Assembly: GCA_965204615.1 (NCBI GenBank)
Contig: OZ242000.1
Coordinates: 1,281,803 to 1,345,802, forward strand
DNA length: 64,000 nucleotides
Source: Acidimicrobiia bacterium
GTDB lineage: Bacteria; Actinomycetota; Acidimicrobiia; Spongiisociales; ZC4RG35
Reading direction: 5' to 3'
A model generated the notes under the pieces. That model was not told where the DNA came from. It ran no database searches and saw nothing but the letters and a program-made list of their open reading frames with translations. Every line of letters starts with the position of its first letter. Position 1 is the stretch's first letter. Shown here piece after piece: positions 38,832 through 49,857 of the stretch. The translations under genes and the position numbers were made by a program.

Positions 38832-39734
38832 CTAGGGCTTGGAGCGGGAAATGCAGCGGAAGCCGATGTGGGTGGTGGAGGTGTCGACGGTCTGCGACTG
38901 GCGGGCGGCGGGCCGGTATCTGAAGCAGTACTGGATGGTGCAGAGGTGCGAACCGCCCTTGATCACCCGGGTGGGCGCCGGGTCTTCGCCGGGGGTCTGC
39001 GGGGCACAGCACGGGGATGCCGGAGGTCCGGCCGAAGGGAGCCGGTAGGGGTCGGAGGTCCACTCCCACACGTTGCCGGCCATGTCGTGGAGGCCGTGAC
39101 CGTTGGGAGGGAAGGCGCCGACCGGGCTGGTGTAGGCCCAGCGGTCCAGTTTGGTGTTCTCGTAGGGGAACCGGCCCTGCCAGGTGTTGGCCAGGGGGGC
39201 GGTCTCCTGCGGATCGTCATCGCCCCAGGTGAACTCGGCGCCCTCCAGGCCTCCCCGGGAGGCGTACTCCCATTCGGCTTCGGCGGGTAGCTCCATGCCG
39301 GCCCAGCGTGCGTAGCTCTCCGCGTCCCGGTAGGCGACGTGAACCACCGGATGCTCCTCGAGACCCTCCAGGGAGGATCCCGGTCCGCGGGGATGGCGCC
39401 AGTCGGCGCCCGGGGTCCATGCCCACCAGCGCCAGAACTCCCCCGGGTTCACCGGACCGGGGGTCATCGTGAAGACCAGCGATCCCGGAACCAGGTCCTC
39501 GGGTCGGGCGTCGGGGTAGGAAGCGGCGTCGGGAGGCCGCTCCGCCACGGTCACATGGCCGGTGGCCTCGACGAACCGCCGGAACTGGCGGTTGGTGACC
39601 GGGTGAACATCGATCGCGAACGGCCCGACGGTGACCGTCCGGGCCGGGCTCTCTTCGGGATAGTGGTGATCCGACCCCATCGAGAACCCACCGCCCGGGA
39701 GCCACACCTGGGAGTGGTCGGGTGAAGTTATCAT
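38832..39734 (-). CDS. formylglycine-generating enzyme (FGE/SUMF1 family)
   Basis: 300 aa; near-colinear with the mycobacterial FGE pattern (LPGGGFSMGS, VTNRQFRRFVEATGH, GNVWEWT, KGGSHLC, YCFRYRPAAR). Confidence 0.85.
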   Translation of the reverse strand: MITSPDHSQVWLPGGGFSMGSDHHYPEESPARTVTVGPFAIDVHPVTNRQFRRFVEATGHVTVAERPPDAASYPDARPEDLVPGSLVFTMTPGPVNPGEFWRWWAWTPGADWRHPRGPGSSLEGLEEHPVVHVAYRDAESYARWAGMELPAEAEWEYASRGGLEGAEFTWGDDDPQETAPLANTWQGRFPYENTKLDRWAYTSPVGAFPPNGHGLHDMAGNVWEWTSDPYRLPSAGPPASPCCAPQTPGEDPAPTRVIKGGSHLCTIQYCFRYRPAARQSQTVDTSTTHIGFRCISRSKP

Positions 39735-39800
39735 CCACCAGGCAAATTACAGGTGGTCGGCGAACACCCTGACCACCCCGCTCCGCAAGGGAGGATCGAG

Positions 39801-40679
39801 ATGAGCAAGGTCGGTTTCGTCGGCGTGGGGGTGATGGGCATGCCCATGGCTCTCAACCTGATGGCGGGAGGTCACCGGGTGAGGGCATTCGACATAGTCC
39901 CGGACGCACTGGCGGCAGCGGGTCGCAATGGCGCCGAGGTGGCGACCTCTCCGGGAGACGCCGCGGCGGGCGCCGACTTCGTCATCACGATGCTGCCCAC
40001 CGGCAAACACGTGGCGGGGGCGGTGTTCGGGACCGATGGCATAGCCGGGTCACTGGGTGACGACGCGCTGCTGATCGACATGAGCACCGGCCTCCCCGGC
40101 GACTTCGATGCCCTGGCAGAGCGGTTGGGGTCCCAGGGCAGACGGGCGATGGACGCACCGGTCGGGCGGACCTCCAGGGAGGCCGAGCAGGGAACCCTCC
40201 TGATCATGGTGGGAGGCGACACCGAAGACGTGGAGCGGGCCCACCCGGTGCTGGAGTGCATGGGCGACACCATCATCCACTGCGGCCCGGCCGGCGCCGG
40301 GATCCGTACCAAGCTGGTCAACAACTACCTCTCGATCGTCTCCAACGTGGTGGTTGCCGAAGCGCTGGCTCTGGCGGAGGGCGCCGGCCTGGACCGCGAC
40401 ACCGTGATCGAGGTGTTGATGGGCACCACCGCCGGGCGCGGGCATCTGGGCACCACCTACCCCGCCAAGGCCCTGGCAGGCGACCTGGATCCGGGTTTCA
40501 TGGTGGATCTGGCCCTGAAAGACCTGGGCCTGGCGCTGGAGATGAGCGCAGCCGCCGACTCCCCCGCGGTGATGGGGGCTGCCGCGTTACCGGTCTACGA
40601 CGAGGCCCACCAAAAGGGCCTGGGGCGGCGGGATTGGACCGCCATCTACAACATGGTGACCGGCAGGACCGTAGACTAG
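39801..40679 (+). CDS. NAD(P)-binding 3-hydroxyisobutyrate-dehydrogenase-family oxidoreductase (second paralogue)
   Basis: ATG 39801 with GGGAGG RBS; VGFVGVGVMGMPMALNL Rossmann motif. Confidence 0.8.
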   Translation: MSKVGFVGVGVMGMPMALNLMAGGHRVRAFDIVPDALAAAGRNGAEVATSPGDAAAGADFVITMLPTGKHVAGAVFGTDGIAGSLGDDALLIDMSTGLPGDFDALAERLGSQGRRAMDAPVGRTSREAEQGTLLIMVGGDTEDVERAHPVLECMGDTIIHCGPAGAGIRTKLVNNYLSIVSNVVVAEALALAEGAGLDRDTVIEVLMGTTAGRGHLGTTYPAKALAGDLDPGFMVDLALKDLGLALEMSAAADSPAVMGAAALPVYDEAHQKGLGRRDWTAIYNMVTGRTVD

Positions 40680-43093
40680 CTCCGGACCACGACCCCCAGG
40701 GACGAGCCGAGCGAGGGAGTGTCGGGCTGGTTGAAGGGAACGTATACCACGCCCGGTTGCAGGGTGGGATCGATCACCACGCCTGCCTGCAGGGACCCGG
40801 AGGCAGACGTCACGTTGACGGAGTCTCCCGTCTCCACGCCGAGGCGGGCGGCGTCGGAGGGGTGCAGGTGTGCCGCACTGCCGGGCGCCAGGGGACCGAG
40901 GGAGGGGCTCTCTCTCATCATCACCCCGTCGTCGTACATGGTGCGGGCATAGTGCAGCGCCATCTCGCCGGGTCCGAGAGAGACCGATTCCACATGGGAG
41001 AAGACCGGCACATAGCCCAGGTCGCCGCCGACGACGATCCCGTCACGGTCCTCCCAGTCCAGCCGCTCCCAGTTCACGCCCCGGTAGATGTCGGCCAGTT
41101 CTTCGATCTCCCGGCTGATCTGCTGGGCGGACACCAGGCCCAGGTCCACGCCCAGGCGGGCAGCCAGGTCCGAGAGGATCGCCCAGTCGGGGCGGCTCTG
41201 GCCCGGTCCGGGAGCCAGGCGGTTCACCTTGAGCACCCGGCCTTCGACGTTGGTCACCGTTCCCTCCACCTCCGAGAACCCCATGGCCGGGAACACCACG
41301 TCCGCCATGCTTGAGCTGTCGGTCAGGAACTGGTCGATCGCCACCACCAGGCCGGCGTTCTGAAGGGCCCGCCGGGCCAGGTCCCCGTCGGGCACGTCGC
41401 GCACCGGATCGGCGCCCATCAGCACCAGCGCCTCGATGGCCCCCGACTCCAGTCCCTCCAGGATCCCCCGGCAGTCCAACCCGGAGCGGGCCGGGAGTTC
41501 CCCCCACCGGTCGGCCAGCATCTGGGCGGCCAGGGTTCCCCGCTGCGCCCTCCCGGGCAGTAGGGCCGGGCTGAGACCCATGTCCAGGGCGCCGAAGACG
41601 TTCCCCCGCCGGGCGAGGGGCAACACGGTGGCGTCGGGAAGCGAGCGGACGAAGGCTGCCGTCGCCTCGGCCAGTTCGGGGTTCTCCCCGTAGCCGGGCC
41701 TGCCCAGCAGCGCCACCACCGGTCCCCTGGAGAGGACTTCCCGCGCCTCGGCCATCCGTCCGTTGCCATCCATCAACTCCGTGAGCACCTCCCCTCCCCT
41801 TCCGGGCCGGTAGGTGATCTTCACCGAGGCCCGGTCGTCCAACCCGGTCCGGCGGGGGTGGATCACCACCAGCCCCGCTCCCAGTTCCTGCGCGGCCCGG
41901 CGCACCCGCAGATAGAGGGTGGGGTGCTCCTCCTTCAGATCCGGTCCCCACACCAGGATCGAACCCGCTCCCTCCAGATCGCCGATGCGTGCGCGGTCGA
42001 CTATGCCGGAAAGCAATCGGGGATCGAGTCCGTCGTCCATCTGGCAGTCCACGCTGTTGGTCCCCACCGCCGAGCGGAGGAACTTGGAGAAGGCGTAGGC
42101 GTCCTCGTTGGTCCCCCGCGCTCCCCCCAGCCCCGCCACGGCCCTCCCGCCCGAGCGGGAGATGACCTCTCCCAGGGCCCTCCCGGCATGATCCAGCGCC
42201 TCTCCCCAGGAGGCCTCCCGCAACTCACCGTCCTCGTCGCGCACCAGGGGCGCGGTGAGACGGGCCGGAGAGGCCACGTACTCGAACCCGAAGCGGCACT
42301 TGTCCGAGAGCCACCCCTGGTTGGTGGGGTCCGAGTCCACCCCCAGGATGCGCAGCAGCCGGTTCTGGCTGGACTGGAGGTTGATCCGGTCCCCGCTCGA
42401 ACAGTGCTGGCAGGTCGACTCCACCGCAGTGAGGTCCCACGGCCGGGCGCGGAACCGGTAGGGAGTGGCGGTGAGCGCCCCCACCGGGCAGATCTGGACG
42501 GTGTTGCCGGAGAAGTAGGAACGGAAGGGCTCGTCGGGGAAGGTGTTGACCTCGGTGTAGTTGCCCCTCTCCTGGAACTCGATGAGCGGATCCCCCGATA
42601 TCTCCTCGGAGAAGCGGGTGCAGCGGGCGCAGAGAATGCAGCGTTCCCGGTCCAGCATGACCAACTCCGAGATGGGGATGGGCTTTTCGAAGTGGCGCTT
42701 CTCCTCCACGAACCGGCTCTCGCCGGGACCGTACGCCATGGTCTGGTCCTGGAGGGGGCACTCGCCGGCGCGATCGCACACCGGACAGTCCAGCGGGTGG
42801 TTGATCAGCAAGAACTCCAGCACTCCCTCCTGGGCCTTCTTCACGGTGGGGTTGATGGTGTCCACCGTCATCCCGTCGGTGACCGGGGTGGTGCAGGAGG
42901 TGACCATCAGCGGGCCGCGGGGAGTCTGGATCTCCACCAGGCACATCCGGCACATCCCCACCGGGTTCATGCGCGGGTGCCAGCAGAAGCGGGGGATGTA
43001 CACCCCGTTGTCCTGGGCGGTCTTGATGAGCAGTTCCCCCGATGGGGCGTTCACCGCCCTGCTGTTGATGGTTACCGTGACCGGCTCAGCCAT
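40676..43093 (-). CDS. nuoG: NADH-quinone oxidoreductase subunit G (75-kDa subunit)
   Basis: 805 aa; N-terminal 2Fe-2S and 4Fe-4S Cys motifs (CWHPRMNPVGMCRMC, HPLDCPVCDRAGEC), molybdopterin-oxidoreductase-like domain. Confidence 0.9.
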   Translation of the reverse strand: MAEPVTVTINSRAVNAPSGELLIKTAQDNGVYIPRFCWHPRMNPVGMCRMCLVEIQTPRGPLMVTSCTTPVTDGMTVDTINPTVKKAQEGVLEFLLINHPLDCPVCDRAGECPLQDQTMAYGPGESRFVEEKRHFEKPIPISELVMLDRERCILCARCTRFSEEISGDPLIEFQERGNYTEVNTFPDEPFRSYFSGNTVQICPVGALTATPYRFRARPWDLTAVESTCQHCSSGDRINLQSSQNRLLRILGVDSDPTNQGWLSDKCRFGFEYVASPARLTAPLVRDEDGELREASWGEALDHAGRALGEVISRSGGRAVAGLGGARGTNEDAYAFSKFLRSAVGTNSVDCQMDDGLDPRLLSGIVDRARIGDLEGAGSILVWGPDLKEEHPTLYLRVRRAAQELGAGLVVIHPRRTGLDDRASVKITYRPGRGGEVLTELMDGNGRMAEAREVLSRGPVVALLGRPGYGENPELAEATAAFVRSLPDATVLPLARRGNVFGALDMGLSPALLPGRAQRGTLAAQMLADRWGELPARSGLDCRGILEGLESGAIEALVLMGADPVRDVPDGDLARRALQNAGLVVAIDQFLTDSSSMADVVFPAMGFSEVEGTVTNVEGRVLKVNRLAPGPGQSRPDWAILSDLAARLGVDLGLVSAQQISREIEELADIYRGVNWERLDWEDRDGIVVGGDLGYVPVFSHVESVSLGPGEMALHYARTMYDDGVMMRESPSLGPLAPGSAAHLHPSDAARLGVETGDSVNVTSASGSLQAGVVIDPTLQPGVVYVPFNQPDTPSLGSSLGVVVRS

Positions 43094-44381
43094 AGGGGCA
43101 ACCCCCCTGATGGATGTGCGCCATCAGTTCATCCTTGAAATAAGAGGTGATGGCGAGAATCGGCGAGACGGCCGAGGGTCCCAGCGGGCAGATGGTGGTC
43201 ATACGGGGAGGCCAGGCAAGGCCGGGTGAGATGTTGTCGGAGATGTCGAGCAGCATGTCGACGTCCACCTCCCGCCCCGAACCTTCCTCGATGCGCCGCA
43301 GGATCCGCTCCAGCCAGGAGCAGCCCTCCCGGCAGGGAGTGCACTGACCGCAGGACTCGTGGGCGAAGAAGCGCACCAGTCGCTCGGCGGCCTGCAGTGT
43401 GCAGGTGGTCTCGTCCATGATCACCACCGCTCCCGAGCCCAGCATCGACCCCGCCCTGGCGGTGTCGTCGAGGGTCACCGGCAGATCGAGATGATCGTCG
43501 GGGACGAACCACGGCGCCGAGGCGCCTCCGGGGATCCAGCACTTGAGCGCCCGGTCCCCGGGGATGCCTCCCGCCACCTCGTAGATCAACTCCCTCCAGG
43601 TGAGCCCCATCACCAGTTCATAGTTCCCCGGCCGGCGCACGTGGCCGGAGATCGAGAACAGCCTGGTGCCCCGCGACCCGTCGGGTCCGATGGCCGCGAA
43701 CGCATCCCCGCCGTTCTCGACGATCCAGGGGATGTTGGCCAGGGTCTCCACGTTGTTGACGATGGTGGGCTGCATGTACAGGCCCTTGGCGGCCGGGTAG
43801 TAGGGGGGCTTCAGCCGGGGCTCCCCGCGCCGTCCCTCGAGGCTGTTCAAGAGGCCCGTCTCCTCCCCGCAGATGTAGGCGCCGGCTCCCAGGTGAACGG
43901 TGACCTCCAGGTCATACCCGCTTCCCAGGATGTCGGATCCCAGGTAGCCGGCCGCGTAGGCGTCCTCCACCGCCTGCTGCACCCGCCGCGCCGAGCGGGG
44001 ATACTCGCCCCGGATGTAGATGAAAGCGTGGTTGGCGCCGTTGGCATAGGAGGTGATGATCGTCCCCTCCAGCATCTGATGGGGGTCGCGTTCCATCAAC
44101 TGGCGGTCCTTGAAGGTGCCCGGCTCGGATTCGTCCCCGTTCACCACCACGTAGGCGGGCTTGGCTGGCGCCAGGAAACTCCACTTCAGCCCGCACGGGA
44201 AGCCCGCTCCTCCCCGGCCCCGCAGGTTGGCGGCCTTCACCTCGCCGGTGACGGCCTCCGGCGCCATCCCGAGGGCCTTGGGAAGCGCCTGGTACCCGCC
44301 CGTGTCCAGGTAACGCTCCAGTGTGTGGCTGTCCGAGGGAAACCGGGTCATCCGGTCGGTGACGATGGTGGGAGCGCTCAC
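43086..44381 (-). CDS. nuoF: NADH-quinone oxidoreductase subunit F (51-kDa subunit)
   Basis: 431 aa; GRGGAGFP NADH/FMN motif and ESCGQCTPCREG 4Fe-4S motif. Confidence 0.9.
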   Translation of the reverse strand: MSAPTIVTDRMTRFPSDSHTLERYLDTGGYQALPKALGMAPEAVTGEVKAANLRGRGGAGFPCGLKWSFLAPAKPAYVVVNGDESEPGTFKDRQLMERDPHQMLEGTIITSYANGANHAFIYIRGEYPRSARRVQQAVEDAYAAGYLGSDILGSGYDLEVTVHLGAGAYICGEETGLLNSLEGRRGEPRLKPPYYPAAKGLYMQPTIVNNVETLANIPWIVENGGDAFAAIGPDGSRGTRLFSISGHVRRPGNYELVMGLTWRELIYEVAGGIPGDRALKCWIPGGASAPWFVPDDHLDLPVTLDDTARAGSMLGSGAVVIMDETTCTLQAAERLVRFFAHESCGQCTPCREGCSWLERILRRIEEGSGREVDVDMLLDISDNISPGLAWPPRMTTICPLGPSAVSPILAITSYFKDELMAHIHQGGCPYG

Positions 44382-44385
44382 GAAC

Positions 44386-45045
44386 CTACCCGTCCTGTTC
44401 CCCGGCGGGACCCGAGACGGTGCCCAGGGGGCCGAAGGCCGGGTACGGACCGAGCGCGGAGTCCCGGTCGAAGGGTCCCCAGTCGAAGCTCCGCCTGCCC
44501 CCGAACAACTCCTGGCACTCGGCGCCGACGATCGCCTCGGGTCGAGCGGTGCGAAGCCATCTCACCAGTTCCCGGGCCTTGTCGGAGGTCATCCCCTCGA
44601 TCAACTCGTAGTTGACGGTGACGGCCGGCGCTCCCCCGCATGCTCCTATGCACTCCACGTGCTCCACCGAGATCAGACCCTCGGCATCGGTCTCCCCCGC
44701 CGTCACGTCCGATTCGTCCTCTATGGCGCCCAACACCTCGTCGGACCCGAGCAGCATGCAACTGATGGAGGTGCAGCAGGAGATCAGATAGCGGCCGGTG
44801 TCCTCCCGCTTGTACATGGTGTAGAAGGATGCCACCGCCCGGACCTGGGCGGGGGTCAGGCCCACCGCCTGAGCCACTTCCCTCATGCCGTTGTCGGTGA
44901 GGTACCCCTCCTCGGCCATCGCCAGGTACAGAAGGGGCATCACCGCCGACCGGGGCTCCGGGTACTGCTTGATTATCTCCGAAGCACGGGCGCGTGCGGA
45001 CTCCGACCATTCTCTCCTCGCGCTCGGGGAGCGAATCTCCACCAT
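44386..45045 (-). CDS. nuoE: NADH-quinone oxidoreductase subunit E (24-kDa subunit)
   Basis: 219 aa; thioredoxin-like 2Fe-2S motifs (CCTSISC … CIGACGGAP). Confidence 0.85.
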   Translation of the reverse strand: MVEIRSPSARREWSESARARASEIIKQYPEPRSAVMPLLYLAMAEEGYLTDNGMREVAQAVGLTPAQVRAVASFYTMYKREDTGRYLISCCTSISCMLLGSDEVLGAIEDESDVTAGETDAEGLISVEHVECIGACGGAPAVTVNYELIEGMTSDKARELVRWLRTARPEAIVGAECQELFGGRRSFDWGPFDRDSALGPYPAFGPLGTVSGPAGEQDG

Positions 45046-45222
45046 CGAGACGGAGATTAGTTAGCGGACACCCCTTCTCAAACCCCACGCTCTCGGCGCC
45101 CTCCCGTCATGGGGCGGCTAGACGCAGATGCAGCGGGACGCCTACGACTACCTCTCCGACTTTTGACAGGACTCGCTCACCGAGTTTCCGATGACACTCC
45201 GGAAGCGTTTTCCCCCCGGGTC

Positions 45223-46311
45223 CTAGCGGATCACCAACTCGGGGTGGGAACGGATGCGGGGACGAGCCTCCTCCACCGCGGCCGCCAGCCGCGAGAAGGC
45301 CTCGGCCGCTTCACTATCGGGCGCCGCCAGGATGACCGGCTCTCCCCGGTCGGCGCCCTCCCGCATCAGGGGCAGCAACGGCACCTGTGTCATGAGGGGG
45401 ACCTCCACTTCGGCGGCAAGGGCCCTCCCGCCGCCGGAACCGAACAGCTCATAGCGAGTCCCGTCGTCACCGGTGAACCACGACATGTTCTCCACCACCC
45501 CGATCACCTCCTGGTTGACCTGGGCCGCCATCAGGGCCGCCCGGCGAGCCACCCGCTGGGCGGTGGGCTGGGGAGTGGTGACCAGCAGCACCTGGGAGCG
45601 CGGCAGGAAATTCTGGATGGAGATGGCGATGTCTCCGGTCCCCGGGGGCATGTCGATCAGGAGATAGTCGGGAGCATCCCAGAACACGTCCTTCAGGAAC
45701 TGCTCCAGCGCCTTGTGGAGCATCGGACCCCGCCATATCACCGCCCGGTCGTCGGGGACGAAGTAGTCCATGGACATCACGCTCACCCCGTGGGCGCGGG
45801 GCGGGACGATGGACTGCTCGATGATCACCGGCGCCCGGTCTATGCCCAGCATCTGCGGGATGGAGAATCCCCAGATGTCGGCGTCGATCACTCCCACCCT
45901 CCTCCCCAGTTCCACGAGAGCCAGGGCCAGGTTGGTGGTGACCGAGGACTTCCCCACCCCTCCCTTTCCGGAGGCCACCGCCACCACCCTGGTGCGCGAG
46001 CCTGTCTCCCCCGGCCCGGGGCCGGCCTCCCGTCGTACCCGGTCCATCATCTCCTCCCGCTCGGCGTCGCTCATCTCCTCGGTGCGCACCTCGAGGTCCG
46101 ACACCAGGTTGGCGGCCGCCTCCCGCATCCTCCTCGCCAACTCGGGCAGCTCCGGATAGTTCGGGACCGGCAGGGCAACGGTGACAGTAGGAGACCCGAA
46201 CCTGCGAGCCTTTACCGAGCGGATCATGCCCAGCGAATGGAGAGAACGCTGCAGAAGCGGGTCTTGGACCGCCGAGAGAGCGGACCCCAACGCACCCTGG
46301 GAGACCATCAT
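45223..46311 (-). CDS. Mrp/ApbC/NBP35-family Fe-S cluster carrier ATPase
   Basis: 362 aa; deviant Walker A VASGKGGVGKS; C-terminal domain of the Mrp family. Confidence 0.85.
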   Translation of the reverse strand: MMVSQGALGSALSAVQDPLLQRSLHSLGMIRSVKARRFGSPTVTVALPVPNYPELPELARRMREAAANLVSDLEVRTEEMSDAEREEMMDRVRREAGPGPGETGSRTRVVAVASGKGGVGKSSVTTNLALALVELGRRVGVIDADIWGFSIPQMLGIDRAPVIIEQSIVPPRAHGVSVMSMDYFVPDDRAVIWRGPMLHKALEQFLKDVFWDAPDYLLIDMPPGTGDIAISIQNFLPRSQVLLVTTPQPTAQRVARRAALMAAQVNQEVIGVVENMSWFTGDDGTRYELFGSGGGRALAAEVEVPLMTQVPLLPLMREGADRGEPVILAAPDSEAAEAFSRLAAAVEEARPRIRSHPELVIR

Positions 46312-46354
46312 CGATAACTATACTCCTGGGCATCGTCCCGTCAGCCAAGGTGTC

Positions 46355-47071
46355 ATGAGTTTCCAGCAGGTAGTCGAGCAGCAGATCGCCGACCTGACCT
46401 CGGTGCTCGGAGACCCCACCCGGCGGGCGATCTACATCGCCGCCCGGGAATCGGCGGAGCCGCTCACGGTGGGCAAGGTGGCCGAGTTGTTCGGCATCCA
46501 CCGCAACCTGGCCCGCCACCACCTGGAGAAACTCACCGAGGAGGGGTACCTGCAGGTGGGGACCCAGCCCACTCCCGTCACCAGAAGAGCGGGAAGACCC
46601 CCCAAGCACTACGAGTCCACCTCCCGCCACATCGAGATCACCTACCCGACTCTCAGGTACGACCTGTTGGTGGAACTCCTGACCAAGATCGTGAGTCGTG
46701 TCTCTCCCGACCACCTGTCCGAGGTCGCCGAGGAGGTGGGACGCGAGTACGGCCAGGATTTGGCCGACGAGATCGGCACGCCCGAGGACGCCGGATACCA
46801 GGAGGCGGTGCGGGGAGTCATGGGAGCGATGAGCGGGATGGGATTCGCCATGAACCCCGACTGGGACGGCGGCAGGCTACTCACCTATCACTGTCCCTTT
46901 GGCGAAGCGGCCCTCAGCTATCCCGAAGTGGTTTGCTCCCTGGACAGGGGAATCATTTCCGGGCTTTTCGAGGCGATAGAGCGATGTTCGGAGACAGTCC
47001 TGCATCCCCACCGCGTTCGCCATGAGGATTGCGTAACCGAAATACCCGTCGAGATCACCGCGCGCCTCTGA
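46355..47071 (+). CDS. HTH (ArsR/HTH_20-like) transcriptional regulator with C-terminal Cys/His-containing domain
   Basis: ATG 46355; [42 protein letters not shown] winged-HTH; C-terminal YHCPFGEA…VCSLDRG; directly upstream of acnA. Confidence 0.6.
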   Translation: MSFQQVVEQQIADLTSVLGDPTRRAIYIAARESAEPLTVGKVAELFGIHRNLARHHLEKLTEEGYLQVGTQPTPVTRRAGRPPKHYESTSRHIEITYPTLRYDLLVELLTKIVSRVSPDHLSEVAEEVGREYGQDLADEIGTPEDAGYQEAVRGVMGAMSGMGFAMNPDWDGGRLLTYHCPFGEAALSYPEVVCSLDRGIISGLFEAIERCSETVLHPHRVRHEDCVTEIPVEITARL

Positions 47072-47081
47072 TCCGGCAACC

Positions 47082-49757
47082 ATGAACGCATTTCCAAGCC
47101 CGACCGCGGACACCCTCTCGACGCCCCTCGGTCGGCGGAAGATCGCCCGCCTGGATTCGGTGCCGGGAGCCGACGCGCTCCCCTATTCGATAAGGGTCCT
47201 CCTCGAGTCGGCGGTCCGCAACCTGGGCAGTCCCGGGTTCTCGACAGAGGACGTGGACACCATCGCCTCCTATCACCCCGGACGGTCCTCGGAGAAGGAG
47301 ATCCCGTTCATGCCGGGACGGGTGCTGCTCCAGGACTTCACCGGGGTCCCGGCGGTGGTCGACCTGGCCGCCATGCGGGACGCGATCGTGGCCATGACCG
47401 GCGACCCCGACTCGGCGCGCAAGGTCAACCCGCTGGTGCCGGTCGACCTGGTGGTCGACCACAGCGTCCAGATCGATGTCTTCAACCGGCCCGACGCGCT
47501 CCTGATCAACTCCCGGCGGGAGTTCGAACGCAACCAGCAGCGATACCAGTTGCTCAAGTGGGCACAGTCGGCCTTCGACAACTTCCGGGTGGTGCCCCCC
47601 GCCACCGGCATCGTCCACCAGGTGAACCTCGAGTACCTGGCGGGCGTCGTCTGGGACGATGGCGAGTGGCTCTATCCCGACAGCCTGGTGGGCACCGACT
47701 CCCACACCACCATGATCAACGGCCTGGGCGTGGCGGGATGGGGCGTGGGCGGCATAGAGGCGGAGGCGGTGATGGTGGGACAGCCCATCTTCATGCTCCT
47801 CCCCGAGGTGGTGGGCGTCCGCCTGGTGGGACAACTCCGGGAAGGCTCCACCGCCACCGACCTGGTGCTCCGGATCACCGAGATCCTCCGCGACCACGGG
47901 GTGGTGGGGAAATTCGTGGAATTCGGTGGGCCGGGACTCGACGACATGCCGGTGGCCACCCGGGCCACCATCGCCAACATGTCGCCCGAGTACGGAGCGA
48001 CGGTGGGATTCTTCCCGGTCGACGACCAGACCATCCGTTACCTGGATCTGTCGGGCCGTTCCCCCGAACTGGTGGCGACCGTCGAGCAGTACTGTCGCGA
48101 ACAGGGCCTGTGGCGGGACGAACGGGAAATCTCATATCACGCCCACCTCGAGTTGGACCTCGGCACAGTGGAGCCCTCCCTGGCCGGTCCCCGCCGACCC
48201 CAGGACCGGATCCCCCTGTTCCGGATGAAGGAGCAGTGGCGCAGCGACCTCGACGCGGTTTTCAATCGCTCCGCGGACAACGGCGCGGCGGCCGCTTCCA
48301 GGGTGACCCTGAACGGAGACAGCTTCGACATGGAAGACGGCCGGGTGGTTATCGCCGCCATCACCTCCTGCACCAACACCTCCAATCCGGCGGTGATGGT
48401 GGGTGCGGGACTGCTGGCCCGCAACGCCCGACGCAGAGGCCTCCGGCGCCGGCCGTGGGTGAAGACCTCCCTGGCGCCCGGTTCCCAGGTGGTCACCGAC
48501 TACCTCGACCGGGCCGGACTCACAGAGGACCTGGAAGCCCTCGGCTTCTACCTGGTCGGCTACGGGTGCACCACCTGTATCGGCAACTCCGGGCCACTCC
48601 CCGAACCCGTGTCCGAGGCGATCGACTCGGCCGACCTGGTGGCGGCCAGCGTGCTCTCGGGGAACCGCAATTTCGAGGGGCGGATCAGCCCTCACGTGCA
48701 GGCCAACTACCTGGCCTCTCCCCCGCTGGTGGTGGCCTACGCGTTGGCCGGCACGGTCGACTGGGACCCGGCCACCGAGCCGTTGGGGACCGACTCCGAG
48801 GGCAGGGCGGTCTTCCTGCGAGACATCTGGCCCTCCCAGGATGAGGTCACCTCGATCATCGACACCCATGTGAGCCGGGAGCAGTTCAACTCCCGCTATG
48901 CCGACGTCTTCACCGGCGCCGAGGAGTGGCGAGCCGTCGAGATGCCGCCCAGCCGGCTCTACCAGTGGTCGGACGAGTCCACCTACATTCAGTCTCCCCC
49001 TTTCTTCGAGACCCTCACCCCGGAACCGAGCCCGGTGCGGTCCATCGAGGGCGCCCGGGTCCTGGTCAGGGTGGGAGACTCCGTCACCACCGACCACATC
49101 TCCCCGGCCGGTCCCATCTCCGCCACCACCCCCGCCGGCCGATACCTGATCGAACGGGGAGTGCCGCCCTCGGAGTTCAATTCCTACGGCGCCCGCCGCG
49201 GCAACGACCGCATCATGAGCCGCGGCACCTTCGCCAACATCCGGGTGCGCAACCTGCTGGCCCCCGGGACCGTGGGCGGATTCACCACCGACTTCGGGGA
49301 CGGGCAGGTCAAGACCATCTACGAGGCGGCGGGGAACTACCGGGAGTCCGGGACGCCGCTGATTGTCATCGCCGGCCGCGACTACGGGATGGGGTCTTCC
49401 CGGGACTGGGCCGCCAAGGGTCCCTTCCTGCTGGGGGTGCGAGCCGTGATCGCCCAGAGCTATGAGCGGATCCATCGCACCAACCTGGTGATGATGGGCC
49501 TCCTCCCCCTCCAGTTCCTCGAAGGCGACGACCCCGAGAGCCTGGGACTCTCGGGCGCCGAGACCTTCCACATCCCCGTCGACGACTCATTGTCCCCCGG
49601 ACGGCGGGTGACCGTCACAGCCGAAGGCCGGGAAGGCGAATCCACCGAGTTCGAGGCGCTGGTCCGCATCGACACCCCCATCGAGGTGGATTACTACCGG
49701 CACGGAGGCATCCTTCCCTACGTCCTCCGGCAGATGGCCGCCGCCGGCCCCGGATAG
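47082..49757 (+). CDS. acnA: aconitate hydratase A
   Basis: 891 aa; Fe-S ligand Cys regions ([20 protein letters not shown]) and full AcnA/IRP architecture. Confidence 0.9.
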   Translation: MNAFPSPTADTLSTPLGRRKIARLDSVPGADALPYSIRVLLESAVRNLGSPGFSTEDVDTIASYHPGRSSEKEIPFMPGRVLLQDFTGVPAVVDLAAMRDAIVAMTGDPDSARKVNPLVPVDLVVDHSVQIDVFNRPDALLINSRREFERNQQRYQLLKWAQSAFDNFRVVPPATGIVHQVNLEYLAGVVWDDGEWLYPDSLVGTDSHTTMINGLGVAGWGVGGIEAEAVMVGQPIFMLLPEVVGVRLVGQLREGSTATDLVLRITEILRDHGVVGKFVEFGGPGLDDMPVATRATIANMSPEYGATVGFFPVDDQTIRYLDLSGRSPELVATVEQYCREQGLWRDEREISYHAHLELDLGTVEPSLAGPRRPQDRIPLFRMKEQWRSDLDAVFNRSADNGAAAASRVTLNGDSFDMEDGRVVIAAITSCTNTSNPAVMVGAGLLARNARRRGLRRRPWVKTSLAPGSQVVTDYLDRAGLTEDLEALGFYLVGYGCTTCIGNSGPLPEPVSEAIDSADLVAASVLSGNRNFEGRISPHVQANYLASPPLVVAYALAGTVDWDPATEPLGTDSEGRAVFLRDIWPSQDEVTSIIDTHVSREQFNSRYADVFTGAEEWRAVEMPPSRLYQWSDESTYIQSPPFFETLTPEPSPVRSIEGARVLVRVGDSVTTDHISPAGPISATTPAGRYLIERGVPPSEFNSYGARRGNDRIMSRGTFANIRVRNLLAPGTVGGFTTDFGDGQVKTIYEAAGNYRESGTPLIVIAGRDYGMGSSRDWAAKGPFLLGVRAVIAQSYERIHRTNLVMMGLLPLQFLEGDDPESLGLSGAETFHIPVDDSLSPGRRVTVTAEGREGESTEFEALVRIDTPIEVDYYRHGGILPYVLRQMAAAGPG

Positions 49758-49857
49758 ACGTCAACCGCGGGGAACCAAAGGCATCGCCGGCGGGTCTCGA
49801 CCGGAGGCGCACACGCACGCTACTGGCGGCGCATCAACGTGCTAGGTTGGGTAGCCC

